From: Picochlorum sp. SENEW3
Taxonomy: Eukaryota
Direction: 5' to 3'
Length of the DNA stretch: 64,000 nucleotides
NCBI GenBank assembly: GCA_034226945.1
Contig: CP120459.1
Location: 186,001 to 250,000 of the forward strand
Shown here: positions 44,453-56,013 of the stretch, in pieces
Numbering within the stretch: the stretch's first letter is position 1
Layout: the number at the start of each line of letters is the position of its first letter
Position numbers and translations under genes: made by a program
Notes under the pieces: generated by a model
Database searches by the model: none
The model's input: the letters and a program-made list of their open reading frames with translations, nothing else
Told to the model about the DNA's origin: nothing

Positions 44453-45869
44453 TTATGACGCATGCAATGTCATCTCATCGTCTTTATTCCACTGTGACAC
44501 AAGTGCCGAATCAATCACTGCCTGAATAATGTGAGAAAATATACACGGGAGAACGGCGTACGCCATCGCCGATCCCAGCCCTCCCAGCTGACTCATCACA
44601 GCCACAGCCACTGGCAGAGTCTTTTCACTCGTGCACAAGATAACAGCTCTTTTTATTGCCCTATTCTCCTTGGGATCCTTATTAAACACAAACGTCCGCG
44701 TCACCAACATATTAAATATTAGAAAAACCATATGCACACCAATACCGAGGGCTACACCGGTCAAAATCATAACTGGCCCGATGGCCAACTGTGCCGCAGA
44801 TGCAATACTCAGCTGCATCCATGGCGTCAAGCACAAAAACAACGTGGACATTCTAGATAATAATTTCTTATTGGCATCCTTCCATCTAGAAACATCTACA
44901 TGAGAAAATTCATAGAAAGACCGCGTCTCAATACACACGTATGTAAAAAAAGCAACACCAAGAAGAAAAAGTTGCATACCTGGAATCCGCTGCAGCACAC
45001 TCCCAATCATCAAGGGCACCAGTACTGACATAACAAGCGATCGCAACATATCATTTTGATTAAAGGATCCTGATATTGCAGAAGAACCAAGAGCATGGGC
45101 CAGCATGGGTGGAATTGTAAAGACACCTAATGTATTGGTCAGGACAGCAAGCATGAGAGCAATGGCAGCATTGCCATTGCATGCATTTGTCAAAGCCACG
45201 CATGCCGACAACGTCGTCGGAACACAACAGAACACAGTCATTCCTATCTTAAATTCAAACGGTTGGATCGGCAGAGACATCAAGCCCACTCCAAGAAACG
45301 GAGTCACCAGCAAAATCGACACAGTGCCATACAAGACTGGGAAAGGAGACTTGATTGCTGCCACTACTTGACTCGCGCGCAAAACCAGCCCGGAGATGAT
45401 AAACTGACCTATAATTGCTAACTTTTGCAGTTTATACGACACAGCAATCTCTCCTGGCTTTGGGAACACCCAACTGCAACACACTCACTGTATCATTGTA
45501 TTGAAAATAGAAAGGATAGCACATCATCACATACCCCAACATCGCAGCGCACAACAATGCAATTGGAATATAATTTTTATCCACAAACTCTCTCAACGCC
45601 GCAACCCCCGTCTGCCCATCACCCTCATTTTCAAAAGAAGAAGAAGAAGAAGAAGACAGGGCATGGAAACCAGCATGACATAAAACCCTTTTCCCTTCTC
45701 TCCTGACCCTCGATCCTACAATCACGCAATGGTTTACTTGACATCTATGTTTCCTCTCCACCAGCCACCGAGTACCCGTCCATCTCGTCGTAGCATCAAA
45801 AACCGCAACTCCACCCTGTGGTCTCGGCGTTGTCAAGGACACCGCCGAACGGTGCCAGCAGCCAGGCAT
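44453..45869 (-). CDS. BASS4: Plastid sodium/bile-acid (metabolite) symporter, BASS4-like
   Basis: FVDKNYIPIALL, FIISGLVL, FCCVPTTLS, GNAAIAL, SEKTLPVAVAV, HIIQAVIDS; multi-exon; transit-like N-terminus. Confidence 0.82.
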
Positions 45870-46161
45870 CAATCTATCTCTATCTCTCTCCTACAATAGT
45901 ATCGACAACAATGTCCAAATACATCCGATCGGCTACAAAGATGAATGAAAATGGATTCCATCCAACGCCGTTGCTTGGCAGAAAAAGACTCGCAAAAAGG
46001 TGCCAAACGCAAGCCCCTGCATCACTTTCCATCTATTCCCATCAATCTTTCCTTTTGATGGGATGCTAGTTTCACAATCCGGATAAGACCACCAATGTAC
46101 ACAGCCATACCTCCTTCCACCCCACATTCCCATTAAATCTTTCGGAAATATTAGAGTAAAA

Positions 46162-47221
46162 ATGCAGAAATCCATGGCCAACACCCTTCGCACAACTGTG
46201 CCACGCTCAAGCAGAGCTGCAGTGTCCCGTCGCTGCTCTTCTGTCAAGGTGTATGCCACAAGCAGAGTGGACAAGTGCTCCAAGGACGACGTTATCGTAC
46301 GTACATTATTACATCTATACTATGGGTGGTACATTGTGCATAATTGTGACCAATCGCCATGACCTGTGTAGGTTGCCCCATCTATTTTGTCTGCCAATTT
46401 CTCCAGACTCGGTGAACAGGTACGTCTGCATGCAATTATTATGTCATTCGCATCTAATTTATGACACGAATGTGTGGGCATATATGTGAAATGGACGGCA
46501 AGGCCGTCGATGAAGTGTGTGCCTACCTACCACACCCTTGTGTGTGTGTGTGTGTGTATGTCGAGAGAAACAGCTGTGATTTCCTTTCATCATCTGATTG
46601 TAGGTTGAAGCTATTGACAAGGCCGGATGCGACTGGGTTCACGTTGATGTGATGGATGGACGCTTTGTGCCAAACATTACCATTGGTCCACTTGTTGTGG
46701 ATGCCCTCCGCCCAGTGACTGACAAGCCATTGGACTGCCATCTCATGATTGTCGAGCCAGAGCAGCGTATTCCAGACTTTGCCAAGGCTGGTGCTGATAT
46801 TATCTCTGTTCACGCCGAGCAGTCTTCCACCATTCACTTGCACCGTGTGGTCTACCAGATCAAGGACCTTGGCTGCAAGGCTGGTGTTGTGCTCAACCCA
46901 GCTACCCCTCTTTCCACCATTGAGCACGTCTTGGAAGATGTGGATCTTGTTCTTCTCATGTCTGTGAACCCAGGATTCGGTGGACAGAAGTTCATCGAGT
47001 CCCAGGTTGCCAAGACCAGAGCACTCAAGGCCATGTGCAATGAGAAGGGTGTCAACCCTTGGATTGAGATTGATGGAGGTGTGACCCCAGACAATGCATG
47101 GAAGGTGATTGAGGCTGGAGCGAATGCCATCGTCTCTGGAAGCGGTGTCTTTGGAGCCAAGGATTATGCTGAGGCCATCAAGGGTATCAAGACATCTAGC
47201 AGATCTCCAGTCATGGCTTGA
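46162..47221 (+). CDS. RPE1: Ribulose-phosphate 3-epimerase, chloroplast
   Basis: Transit peptide + [22 protein letters not shown] exon, [36 protein letters not shown]; two introns. Confidence 0.96.
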
Positions 47222-47279
47222 GCTGATTCTATTTTTATTGATTGATTGAGAAATATTTTGTAATAAAATTAATTCGCAG

Positions 47280-47942
47280 ATGATTGCGTTGAAAGAATGG
47301 TATCCTGTGGTCCGGGCCATGGGCCAAAGTCAAACCAAAGCCACATGTTTGTTCCGTAAAGGCGGTATATTGGACTCGGGGCCGTTTCTAGAGAGGAAAC
47401 GATTAGACGAAAATCTCATGGTGTTCTTTCCGACGTCATTTCATGCGTCTGCGGACCTGTTGAAGGAAGAGTATGCTGGGTTTGTGACAGACGACGTGGA
47501 CTTTAAAAAGGACCTGGATGTGATACCGATTGAATATGCGTTCAGGATAACGGGTGCATGGCATGTGTATGATACAGAAGATGGTATTGGGGATGCATTG
47601 GATGATTTTCATGTGTACCGTCCTGAGTTTTTTGCAACCAGGCTTCCTTGGAAGCCAGAGGTGCCGTTGAGTGTTGTCGAAGTTCAGACGTTTCAGTTGC
47701 AGTCACCGTTGATGATTGCGAATGAGGATAGATTGTGGGGTTGTTTTTCATGGCTGGATCTTCCAGAGGGGTATTATAGTATTATAGAGGAAGACGATGA
47801 CGTGTTGCTGAGTCCTGCTATCCCACCTGATGCTTTGATGGAGAAGCAACGAGCGCTGCGGGAGATTTTGGGGGCGTATGGTGATAGAAGTAGTATTCGA
47901 ACCGTGATTGATCGATTTGATGCAGAGATAGGTGCGTCATGA
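47280..47942 (+). CDS. DUF1802-family protein
   Basis: ALKEW..V..M....LFRKGGI, FFPTSFH, WGCFSWLDL match the bacterial DUF1802 pattern as I recall it; intronless. Confidence 0.75.
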   Translation: MIALKEWYPVVRAMGQSQTKATCLFRKGGILDSGPFLERKRLDENLMVFFPTSFHASADLLKEEYAGFVTDDVDFKKDLDVIPIEYAFRITGAWHVYDTEDGIGDALDDFHVYRPEFFATRLPWKPEVPLSVVEVQTFQLQSPLMIANEDRLWGCFSWLDLPEGYYSIIEEDDDVLLSPAIPPDALMEKQRALREILGAYGDRSSIRTVIDRFDAEIGAS

Positions 47943-48203
47943 TCTGAATCATCATGCAGATATATATAAGTAAGTACCCAGTACTGGGTGGAGAATTCTC
48001 ACTCCATCCAAGAAGAATGTTGCCTTGTCCCGGATTGGTTTCCATTGCGTCTCGGAAGCAGCGTTGTGTTATTGCGATACAGAATCATACCTGATATAAA
48101 CTTTCAGGTTTTGGTCTGTTTTTGCGTCGGTTGGGGTTTATATTGTGAGATTGCAGGTACTGGATAGGCGTCCTAGCTATTGCTGTATCGGGAGTGTGCA
48201 CAT

Positions 48204-49214
48204 ATGAAGGGTTTGGCTGGAGGATTATTGCTTCTCGTTGTTTTGGCGAGTGTAGGTGTTGATGATATCAAGGAAAATCGCGTGATGGGCGTGGCAGCTC
48301 AGGATATTCCAGGGCCTGCTCCTGCTCCAGAGCCGAGTCCAGAACCTTTGCCCAGTCCAGAGCCATTGCCAAGTCCAAGTCCAGAACCTTTGCCAACTCC
48401 AGAGCCATTGCCATCTCCGAGTCCAGAGCCATTGCCATCTCCAAGTCCAGAGCCATCGCCATCGCCATCGCCATCGCCATCGCCATCGCCATCGCCATCG
48501 CCATCACCATCACCATCACCATCGCCAACCCCTTCGCCATCGCCAACCCCTTCGCCTTCCCCAGATTGTACGCAGGCAGTAGACGAAGCCGTCAATGCCG
48601 CAAATGATTTTGGATGCTCTTCTCTGCGCTACAGGCAAGCTCGGGATAATGCTGAACAGATTTGTGGAACTGCTGCATTCATCATCTTGGCACAACAAGT
48701 ACAGTTGTGCGAATTTGCTACATCTCCGAGCCCCTCACCACCTGTACCTGTAAGCTGCCAAGAAGCTCTCAACAGCGCTATATCAGCTGCTGAGCAATTT
48801 GGATGCAACTCTGCAGAATACATTACTGCAAGGAATTCAGGTCAGGAAATATGCGGTGAAGCAGCATTTGCATCACTTGCCACCCAGAGCCAGCTTTGTG
48901 AGTTCACGCCTTCTCCATCACCATCGCCTTCTACTTCTCCATCGCCATCCCCAACACCATCTCCATCTCCAGTGCAACCCTCACAGAGTTGCTCAGAAGC
49001 TATTACGAACGCTGTGCGACAGTCACAGGCCAATGGATGCGACTCTGAAGAATATAGAAATGCTCGAGATGAAGCTGAGCAAACCTGTGGGCAAGAAGCA
49101 TTCTTGCTACTCGCTCAAGAAGCCATGTTGTGTGAGTTTGCCACCTCCATTGACCATGCAAGCAAGGTGGCCCCCATCGTGGCATCGTTAATCGCTCTTG
49201 TATACATCCTATGA
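48204..49214 (+). CDS. Ser-Pro-rich (HRGP-like) cell-surface protein with three Cys modules, putative GPI anchor
   Basis: Signal peptide [16 protein letters not shown], (SP)n and PEPLPS repeats, three C-x15-GC-x15-CG-x14-CEF-like modules, hydrophobic C-terminus. Confidence 0.82.
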   Translation: MKGLAGGLLLLVVLASVGVDDIKENRVMGVAAQDIPGPAPAPEPSPEPLPSPEPLPSPSPEPLPTPEPLPSPSPEPLPSPSPEPSPSPSPSPSPSPSPSPSPSPSPSPTPSPSPTPSPSPDCTQAVDEAVNAANDFGCSSLRYRQARDNAEQICGTAAFIILAQQVQLCEFATSPSPSPPVPVSCQEALNSAISAAEQFGCNSAEYITARNSGQEICGEAAFASLATQSQLCEFTPSPSPSPSTSPSPSPTPSPSPVQPSQSCSEAITNAVRQSQANGCDSEEYRNARDEAEQTCGQEAFLLLAQEAMLCEFATSIDHASKVAPIVASLIALVYIL

Positions 49215-49470
49215 TATCAATAACGTATGAAAGTAAGCATCTCATGTTCATATACACCAAGTTTCCTTCATGCTAAATGGAAGCATCTCCATGCTGCCTT
49301 ATCATCAGGGGCGCCCAATTTTCTCCAACGCGTCAAAGAATCTAGAACCTGATCGGCATTGGGGAGATCGAACCATGAAAAACGGTTACAAGTCGGCACC
49401 ATTTCCTAGCTGATCAGAAATAATACGTTGATTTTATGAAACTCATTTTCCATAGATATTAAGACTTGCA

Positions 49471-50123
49471 ATGATGCGTTCTGTTACTTCTGTGTTGCTT
49501 TGCGTGGCCCTCTTTGGAGGTTTTGCGCTGGGTCAAGATGAACCCATTGTCGGCTCAACCTGTATTTCCACAGGACCAGACAATTGTACGTGGATTAGTA
49601 TGCTATTCTATGCCATCCGTCGCGTGTATGTGTGCGATGCGTCGATTGGACACGTCGTGTGGTGGTTGTAGTAGTGGGTGGTCGTCCTTGGTCGGGGGGC
49701 GAATCTTACTTACTTGCTTGCTATTTGTGTGTAGGCGTCGCATGCTGTGCTGAGAAGTTTTCTAATGGAGTCATGAACTCTGATCCAAGTTGCGCTACCG
49801 AGCAGTGCTCTCCATTCTTGAACCAGGCAACACCAGCTGCTCCAACAGCTGATGCACCAGCCACTGAGGCCGCACCAGCTACTGAGGCTGCACCAACCAC
49901 TGAGGCTGCACCAACCACTGAGGCTGCGCCAGCCACTGAGGCTGCACCAGCTACTGAGGCTGCACCAACCACTGAGGCTGCACCAGTACCATCGCCAGAT
50001 GCTGTGATTGAGACACCAGTGGATCCAAACCTTCCAGTGGAAGAGGCACTTGAGGATGCCGCAATCAGCCCTCAGATTCTCTTGAGCACTGCTGCTGCCA
50101 TCATCCTTGCTGTTGTTGCCTAA
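49471..50123 (+). CDS. Small AGP-like secreted protein with TEAAP(A/T) repeats, putative GPI anchor
   Basis: Signal peptide, exon 1 49471-49585, intron to 49734, Cys-rich head, 18-nt tandem repeats 49860-49985, hydrophobic tail. Confidence 0.8.
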
Positions 50124-50162
50124 ATAATACACAAGAAGGCCTACAAGGTGCCATTTGAACCA

Positions 50163-51485
50163 TTACAGTTGTCTATAGAATTGTTGCGCCATAAATTGAG
50201 CTTTACTCAACACTCTATGTTCATGTAAGAGAACTGCTCCAATACGTTGCCGTCGTGTGTCCAACCCATCTTTGCCAACAAGGCGCTTGGCATCCTCCAT
50301 AGAAGTGGCCATATCATGCTGCCTCTGCTTCATCCGCCCCATCAGCCATTTCAGAGCCCTCTTCCGAGTCTCCTTTGATACATCTCCATCCGAACCATCA
50401 AGGATATTGTTATCTTGTTTTATCACATACCCACCTGATTGTTGCTCCTGGATGGAAGCAACGGCAGCATACTTGAGGATGCCTTCAGGCAATCCCTGCA
50501 AAGACAGCGGAAACACCTTCTCCCCCATGCCATCTGACACTACATCATCACCATCTTCTAGTACTATATCAATGGGGAATAAGCACGCATCGTATGTTTT
50601 TTCTGATGCGGGAGGAAGAAAGCCATACTGAAGAAGAAACTCTCCACGCGTCTTTTGATTTCCATATGAAATCATCACCTGATCCCCAGGCATGTACAGC
50701 CTATCCGCCTTCACATACACTCTATTATTCTCATCAAGCAAGATGAATGATTCTGACGAGCAATCATGATTGAAGAAATCAAGCCCAGGACACAGAGCCT
50801 GCAGATCCTGCCCAAGTCGAACAACTCGAGTCAGAAGTATTGACAAGGCCCAGACAAGCATCTTTCTATCTTTATACACCTCAGGACATGGAAGTGCTTC
50901 CACATCAGCCATGGTAGACTCTGCAGCATGGCGAATCTCGCTTGCAATTGTATGCAGATGGCTCCCTCGTAAAAGCTCTACGTCATCATCAGACCATTCC
51001 AACACGCATCCAGTCTCCTGTGGCAGCACATGAGAATACGCTGAGTAAAGAGAACTATTCGTCCTCTGCTGCATCACATCCACCAAATACAAGGCTAAAA
51101 TAGTCCAATCTGGTAGCTCTGCCACGATATGTTCATCCAATGCTTGCAAGCCATCTGACATTTGGACAGCCCTTGCAGGAGTCATCACAATGCAGTCCAT
51201 GGGCACCCTGCACACGTCCTGCCCAGGCAATAGAATCCCATCCGACACCACACCTCGCCCTTGTCCAGACACAAGAGCACTGGATACGCGACATGATGAT
51301 TCTCCAGCAATCTCACGAATCTTCTGAAGAAGATGATTCCCTTCTGGATCAGCATCCATCTGAACAGAGACGTTTTGTTTTCCCCTTCCAAGAAATGAAA
51401 ACACACGGGGAGACAATCGCCTATCCCTGCCATCTCTAACTCTTGCATCGATGGACCAGGAACCCATACGGGTCGAACAGGACAT
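50163..51485 (-). CDS. SET-domain lysine methyltransferase (Rubisco LSMT/SETD3-like)
   Basis: GQGRGVV, ALCPGLDFFNHD, GDQVMISYG, LLQYGF; transit-like N-terminus. Confidence 0.85.
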   Translation of the reverse strand: MSCSTRMGSWSIDARVRDGRDRRLSPRVFSFLGRGKQNVSVQMDADPEGNHLLQKIREIAGESSCRVSSALVSGQGRGVVSDGILLPGQDVCRVPMDCIVMTPARAVQMSDGLQALDEHIVAELPDWTILALYLVDVMQQRTNSSLYSAYSHVLPQETGCVLEWSDDDVELLRGSHLHTIASEIRHAAESTMADVEALPCPEVYKDRKMLVWALSILLTRVVRLGQDLQALCPGLDFFNHDCSSESFILLDENNRVYVKADRLYMPGDQVMISYGNQKTRGEFLLQYGFLPPASEKTYDACLFPIDIVLEDGDDVVSDGMGEKVFPLSLQGLPEGILKYAAVASIQEQQSGGYVIKQDNNILDGSDGDVSKETRKRALKWLMGRMKQRQHDMATSMEDAKRLVGKDGLDTRRQRIGAVLLHEHRVLSKAQFMAQQFYRQL

Positions 51486-51928
51486 TTCAGATCACGGTGG
51501 AGTATTCTTTACTTTACAAGTTCTCCTGCAACAACAGTCCCCCACTAGTACTGCTACCCTGTATCCCATCAATCAAGCACTGCACAGGGCAATATTGCAC
51601 ATCTGAAATTTGCCGAGCATGGAATCAATCACTACTATAACTGTATTCAATTCAGTAAGACACACACAGCCCCAGAAATCTCCACAAACAACCCATGCCC
51701 ACCGTGCTTTGAAGATGAGATGCACGTATTCGGTCAACCCATCTATTCCACCGAACAGTCATCCCCAATGCCACTCGACGGCCCATCGACGGCCATCCCA
51801 GTATACACCAAGCACATTCCACGTCTCACCATCTAGAAGAAATACATACAAAAAAACCTTGCCATCAGTGCGACTAAAATACCACCGAGCCAATAGATTG
51901 TAGTTGTTTAGCATCCCTTATTCCCTCA

Positions 51929-52626
51929 ATGCAGCGTTCAGCATCAACAACACGGCAGATTGCGGCGCCTTCATTGCAGCCCAAGCCCATCAAACAACAT
52001 GGATATCACAATGCAAGATATATGCATGTGTCACGACACCGTCAGCAGACGAGACTGGTCACTATGAAATCTCAGGCAGCAGAGGGGACATTGATCAGTC
52101 AGGTGGAGATTCCAGCCTTTATTCCACGTGCCGATATCAGTGATCAGTTGATGCGATGGGCATTGATTGAGATCCAGGAAGGAGGGGTTGCAAATGTAGG
52201 ATGCCCCTGCAAAGTGACTGCCTTCAAGAATGATGATGGGGTGTTGATGGGGTTCACTGTGAGTTTTATGAAGGATGGAGAGTCTGCGACAGATGTTCGA
52301 GTAGCATTTGATAAGGACACGACATTGAAGCATGAATGGGTTGGAAGGGGAGCAGGTCTGTTGCCGAATGAGATGATCATTTATACGCGTGCTGTTGTTG
52401 TTCTAGTTGTAACCGTGTCTTGTATTCTCATGGTGCAGATGGATTCCCAGTGTTGGAAGGCAATACAGAGGAGGTCGAGGGTAAATACTTTGAAATTCGC
52501 AAGCTAGGAGATGCACCAGTGTCTGATATGGGCAAGGCCTCGATCAAAGAGTTTTGTCAAATGTTGGTAGGAGCCATCAACAAGTACTATGCATTTGGAT
52601 CCTGTTTTGTCGATGATGCCACATAA
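51929..52626 (+). CDS. Conserved hypothetical plastid-targeted protein
   Basis: Transit-like N-terminus, exon 1 to about 52355, GT-AG intron to 52438, exon 2 DGFPVLEG...YYAFGSCFVDDAT. Confidence 0.7.
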
Positions 52627-52639
52627 GTAGATTTTTCAT

Positions 52640-53583
52640 TTACAACTGTGATTGCGCTCGAACGAGATTTTTAAACGCCTCATCATCAGGCTCCAACACA
52701 TTGTCAATAATCCCGTACTCTACAGCTTCATATGGATTGAAATACCGCGGCCTCAAAATGTCCTTTGAAATCTTCTCCACTGGATGTCCAATATGCTTTG
52801 ACAGCAGGTTGACGACATTTGTGTTGGTTTTACGAATCTCATTTCGGTAAATGTCAATATCAGATGCTTGCATCTGTGTAAATCGCTGCATTGGCTGACG
52901 AAGCATGATGGAAGCGGATGGAAGCGCCGCTCTATTGCCCTCTTTCCCCGCTGCAAGCAGCATGGCAGCCTCACCAAACGCATTCCCCACGCAAATCGTA
53001 TACACTGGAGGCTTAATATACCGCATTGTATCGTAAATAGCAAACGCCTCTGCTTCATATCCCAGTTTATCTCCGCCCCTCTGCACAATACCCAGTTTGT
53101 TGTGTTATAAAGAGAAAGACCCAGTATATTGTGTATATATCAACGTACCCCCACGCCTGTACTATTGATGTACATGTATATCGGTTTGTTAGGATTATCA
53201 TACTGCAAATAGAGCAATTCAGCAAGCATCAGCTCCGTCACAGCAGGCACAAGGGACATTCCCATGTAAACAATTCTCTCCTTGAACAAATACGATGGCA
53301 GATCTGGTGGCGTCTGTTCCGTTGCATCCCCAGCTAAAGACGGAATCACCTGTAAAGAGTGATATATAGAAAGAGAAAGCGTCAGACAGTCGCGAGAGAG
53401 CAGAATTCAGAGATAATCCTCGAATTAATCAATTCGTACCGCTTGGACATCCAATCTCGATGCTACGGCCTTCCTTCTATGCGTATAAACTTTTTCTGTA
53501 GTTATGTGATGCTTCAGAGCACGCTGGGACTGAAACATGGTAGAAACATGTCTCCCCGGTGGTGTGCAGCGCAGAGCAGACAT
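52640..53583 (-). CDS. CLPR4: Chloroplast Clp protease non-catalytic subunit ClpR (ClpR4-like)
   Basis: PPDLPSYLFKERIVYMGMSL, YMYINSTG, EAFAIYDTMRY, GNAFGEAAMLLAAG (catalytic Ser absent); three exons from ATG 53583. Confidence 0.88.
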
Positions 53584-53632
53584 TCTTCTCCTAGGATAAT
53601 TCGACTCTGATCTGTCCTACTATTACAAATAC

Positions 53633-55321
53633 TTACGTTGATAATTTTGTTTCATTTGCATCGAGGAGATCCCGTAACTCTTTGGATGCCATGGATGGAA
53701 TCGAGTGAGTTTCCAGGATCTCTGTGGTTGCCTGGAGAGCAGTTTCTGTTTCCAAGACCAGGACCTCATTGTACTCGAGTTCAAATGTCATGAATGTCTC
53801 TGTGCAGGATAGAATCATGGTGAGGAGGTGTCTGAGATTACGGACTGGAGTGCCATTGAAGGATTTGACCTGCGCATTATACCCATCTTCATACCCTAGT
53901 GTAGCTTCGCATGCAAGGATTTGGCTGACGAGGACGACTTGTTCGTCCGATGTCTTCTTTGTATGATGCAATAGTCTATCTAAGAGTTTCACAGGGGCCT
54001 CTCTGTGGTACTCTGCTCCGTACTCTGATAGCAGGTATGGTTCTGTGCATACAGTGAAAACCACACCAGCCAAGACAATGTAGGATGGGTCTCCTCCTGA
54101 TAAATGGTGGGGGACCAATCCGGTGTACGCAGCGAGTGTTGTTGTGACATGAACTTCTTTTCCTTCGCGGAGGAGGACAAGATTGCATTCGTCTCCACTA
54201 AATTTTTGGGATGTGAGGTATGAAAAGGCAATACGCTCACCACTGCGGAATGGCACTGTTCCATCGTTTGCCACTTGAATACCGTCAAAGGACATGATAA
54301 TATCGCCCACGTGTATTTTACCATACGCATGGCTTGTGGGGAGGACATTCCGAACCATGACTCCCTTTTGTTCCGGGAGCATGTGTGCTGAATGTCTCAA
54401 GGCATTACTCTCCATGCGCTGCCATTGGATGCCAATGGATGGAAATCCTGTGAAGGTTCCATTCCTCTTGTAATCGACTAAGAAATGCTCAATGACTGGT
54501 GTTGGTATGACATAGCCAATGTTTTCTGCGTCTGATCCCGCATAGGATTGAAACGCAATACCCATGCATTCGCCATGTTCAGAGAACACAGGGCCTCCAC
54601 TGTTGCCACTGTTGATGGCTGCATCTATTTGCACCGCCAACAGTTCGGATGCGCCGTGCGCATAGGATGTAACTTCTATTCGCGAGACTACACCAGAGGT
54701 TACTGAGATTGTGTCACCACCTATCGGATAGCCAACAACATACACGCTGTCTTGGAGTGCTGGGAGCTCTCCAAATGATATTGGCTCTGTATCCTCCCAG
54801 AATGACTCATCATCGACTGCAAGCAGAGCAATGTCACATTCCTCTCCTGCAGATAATACTCGAGCTATAAACTTCCTATCATCCCCTCGCTTTTTTACTT
54901 TGACCTGAGAATGGTATTCCACAGAGTGTGCATTTGTCAACAACCACATTTCTCCTCGTGGGCCTCTCACCATGAATCCAGATGATGTGGAAGAATACTG
55001 ACGCTTCCGCTGCCACGGAAGGGAATAATTTGGTTGTGTATGTACACAAAATACTTTAACAACCGCATCCATGACGTTGTAGGTGATGTCTAGGTGTCCA
55101 TTTGCATCTGCTGCCTCAACCATGGCAGCCGTGTCATTGTCAACAGACTTTAAGAGCAGCCGTGTCATTCTTGATCGTCTCTCGTGATACCAGTCTTCTT
55201 GTTTGGATAACAAATGATGCTTTTGTCTTAAAGTATGGCGATGATGACATGGTGCGACACGAGAAGAATACCTCTCGTAAGGAACAATGTTCCTGTGTGC
55301 AACTTCTATGTGGCTTGTCAT
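53633..55321 (-). CDS. Deg/HtrA serine protease (Deg9/Deg2-like)
   Basis: DAVVKVFCVHTQPNYSLPWQ, LTNAHSV, ECDIALL, DAAINSGNSGGP, two PDZ regions; intronless. Confidence 0.92.
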   Translation of the reverse strand: MTSHIEVAHRNIVPYERYSSRVAPCHHRHTLRQKHHLLSKQEDWYHERRSRMTRLLLKSVDNDTAAMVEAADANGHLDITYNVMDAVVKVFCVHTQPNYSLPWQRKRQYSSTSSGFMVRGPRGEMWLLTNAHSVEYHSQVKVKKRGDDRKFIARVLSAGEECDIALLAVDDESFWEDTEPISFGELPALQDSVYVVGYPIGGDTISVTSGVVSRIEVTSYAHGASELLAVQIDAAINSGNSGGPVFSEHGECMGIAFQSYAGSDAENIGYVIPTPVIEHFLVDYKRNGTFTGFPSIGIQWQRMESNALRHSAHMLPEQKGVMVRNVLPTSHAYGKIHVGDIIMSFDGIQVANDGTVPFRSGERIAFSYLTSQKFSGDECNLVLLREGKEVHVTTTLAAYTGLVPHHLSGGDPSYIVLAGVVFTVCTEPYLLSEYGAEYHREAPVKLLDRLLHHTKKTSDEQVVLVSQILACEATLGYEDGYNAQVKSFNGTPVRNLRHLLTMILSCTETFMTFELEYNEVLVLETETALQATTEILETHSIPSMASKELRDLLDANETKLST

Positions 55322-55639
55322 GTATACTATTGGATTCGCCTCTTGCTCTTCTAGTATGCCCGGTGCTGAAGTATTACTGTATCTATAGATATGGCCGACA
55401 ACAATGGAAGAAGAAGCCGCGGATCGCCTTTCCGAAAAGAAGAAGTCGTGTCAAACGAACTACAAAAAAACTACAGAGTGAATGCACCCTCGAATTGAGT
55501 CTCTACGCGTGATGATGCTATCAAGATCAGCCAAAATTGTACATCTATTGCTCTCTATGCATAATTAAATTTTATTCTATAGTGCTGGTGCGATGTATCG
55601 TCGCATCAAGACGAGGCATTTTAGTTTCGACAATCGAGG

Positions 55640-55742
55640 TGGTGGCCACCATGAATGGGTTGGTCCGACCGGTAATACCGTCGGCTGAGGGCGCCTCAGC
55701 GCTCTGGTGATTTTATGGCCGTCCGTGTTGGGTACGTACCCA
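55640..55742. repeat. Chain of palindromes in divergent promoter
   Basis: TGGTGGCCACCA 55640-55651; CCGAC-CGGTA-a-TACCG-TCGG 55665-55684; GCTGAGG-gcg-CCTCAGC 55684-55700; TGGGTACGTACCCA 55729-55742. Confidence 0.88.
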
Positions 55743-56013
55743 CGTCAGTGGTTGGCTTCATGTCCAAGAGAGCTCATATATGGATATGGATATGCATCAT
55801 CATCATCATAGAGAATTCAATGCATTGATTGATATATGGTGGAATCTGATTGTCTCGTAGAAACCCTATTTCGGTAGAAGAAACTGGAAAAGTGTGTGCG
55901 TATTGGTTGTTCAAGGACACAACAATTTTGACATGTGAAGACGTTCGAAAGCCCAGGTTTGATGACGTATCGTCCCGGTAGATCATACGAATCTTTACTG
56001 TTAAATTATTTGT

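Noticed and set aside
48330..48562. Regular short repeats resembling a CRISPR or satellite array (also 49860-49985)
   Set aside because: They are in-frame coding repeats (SP, PEPLPS, TEAAPA) with no unique spacers.
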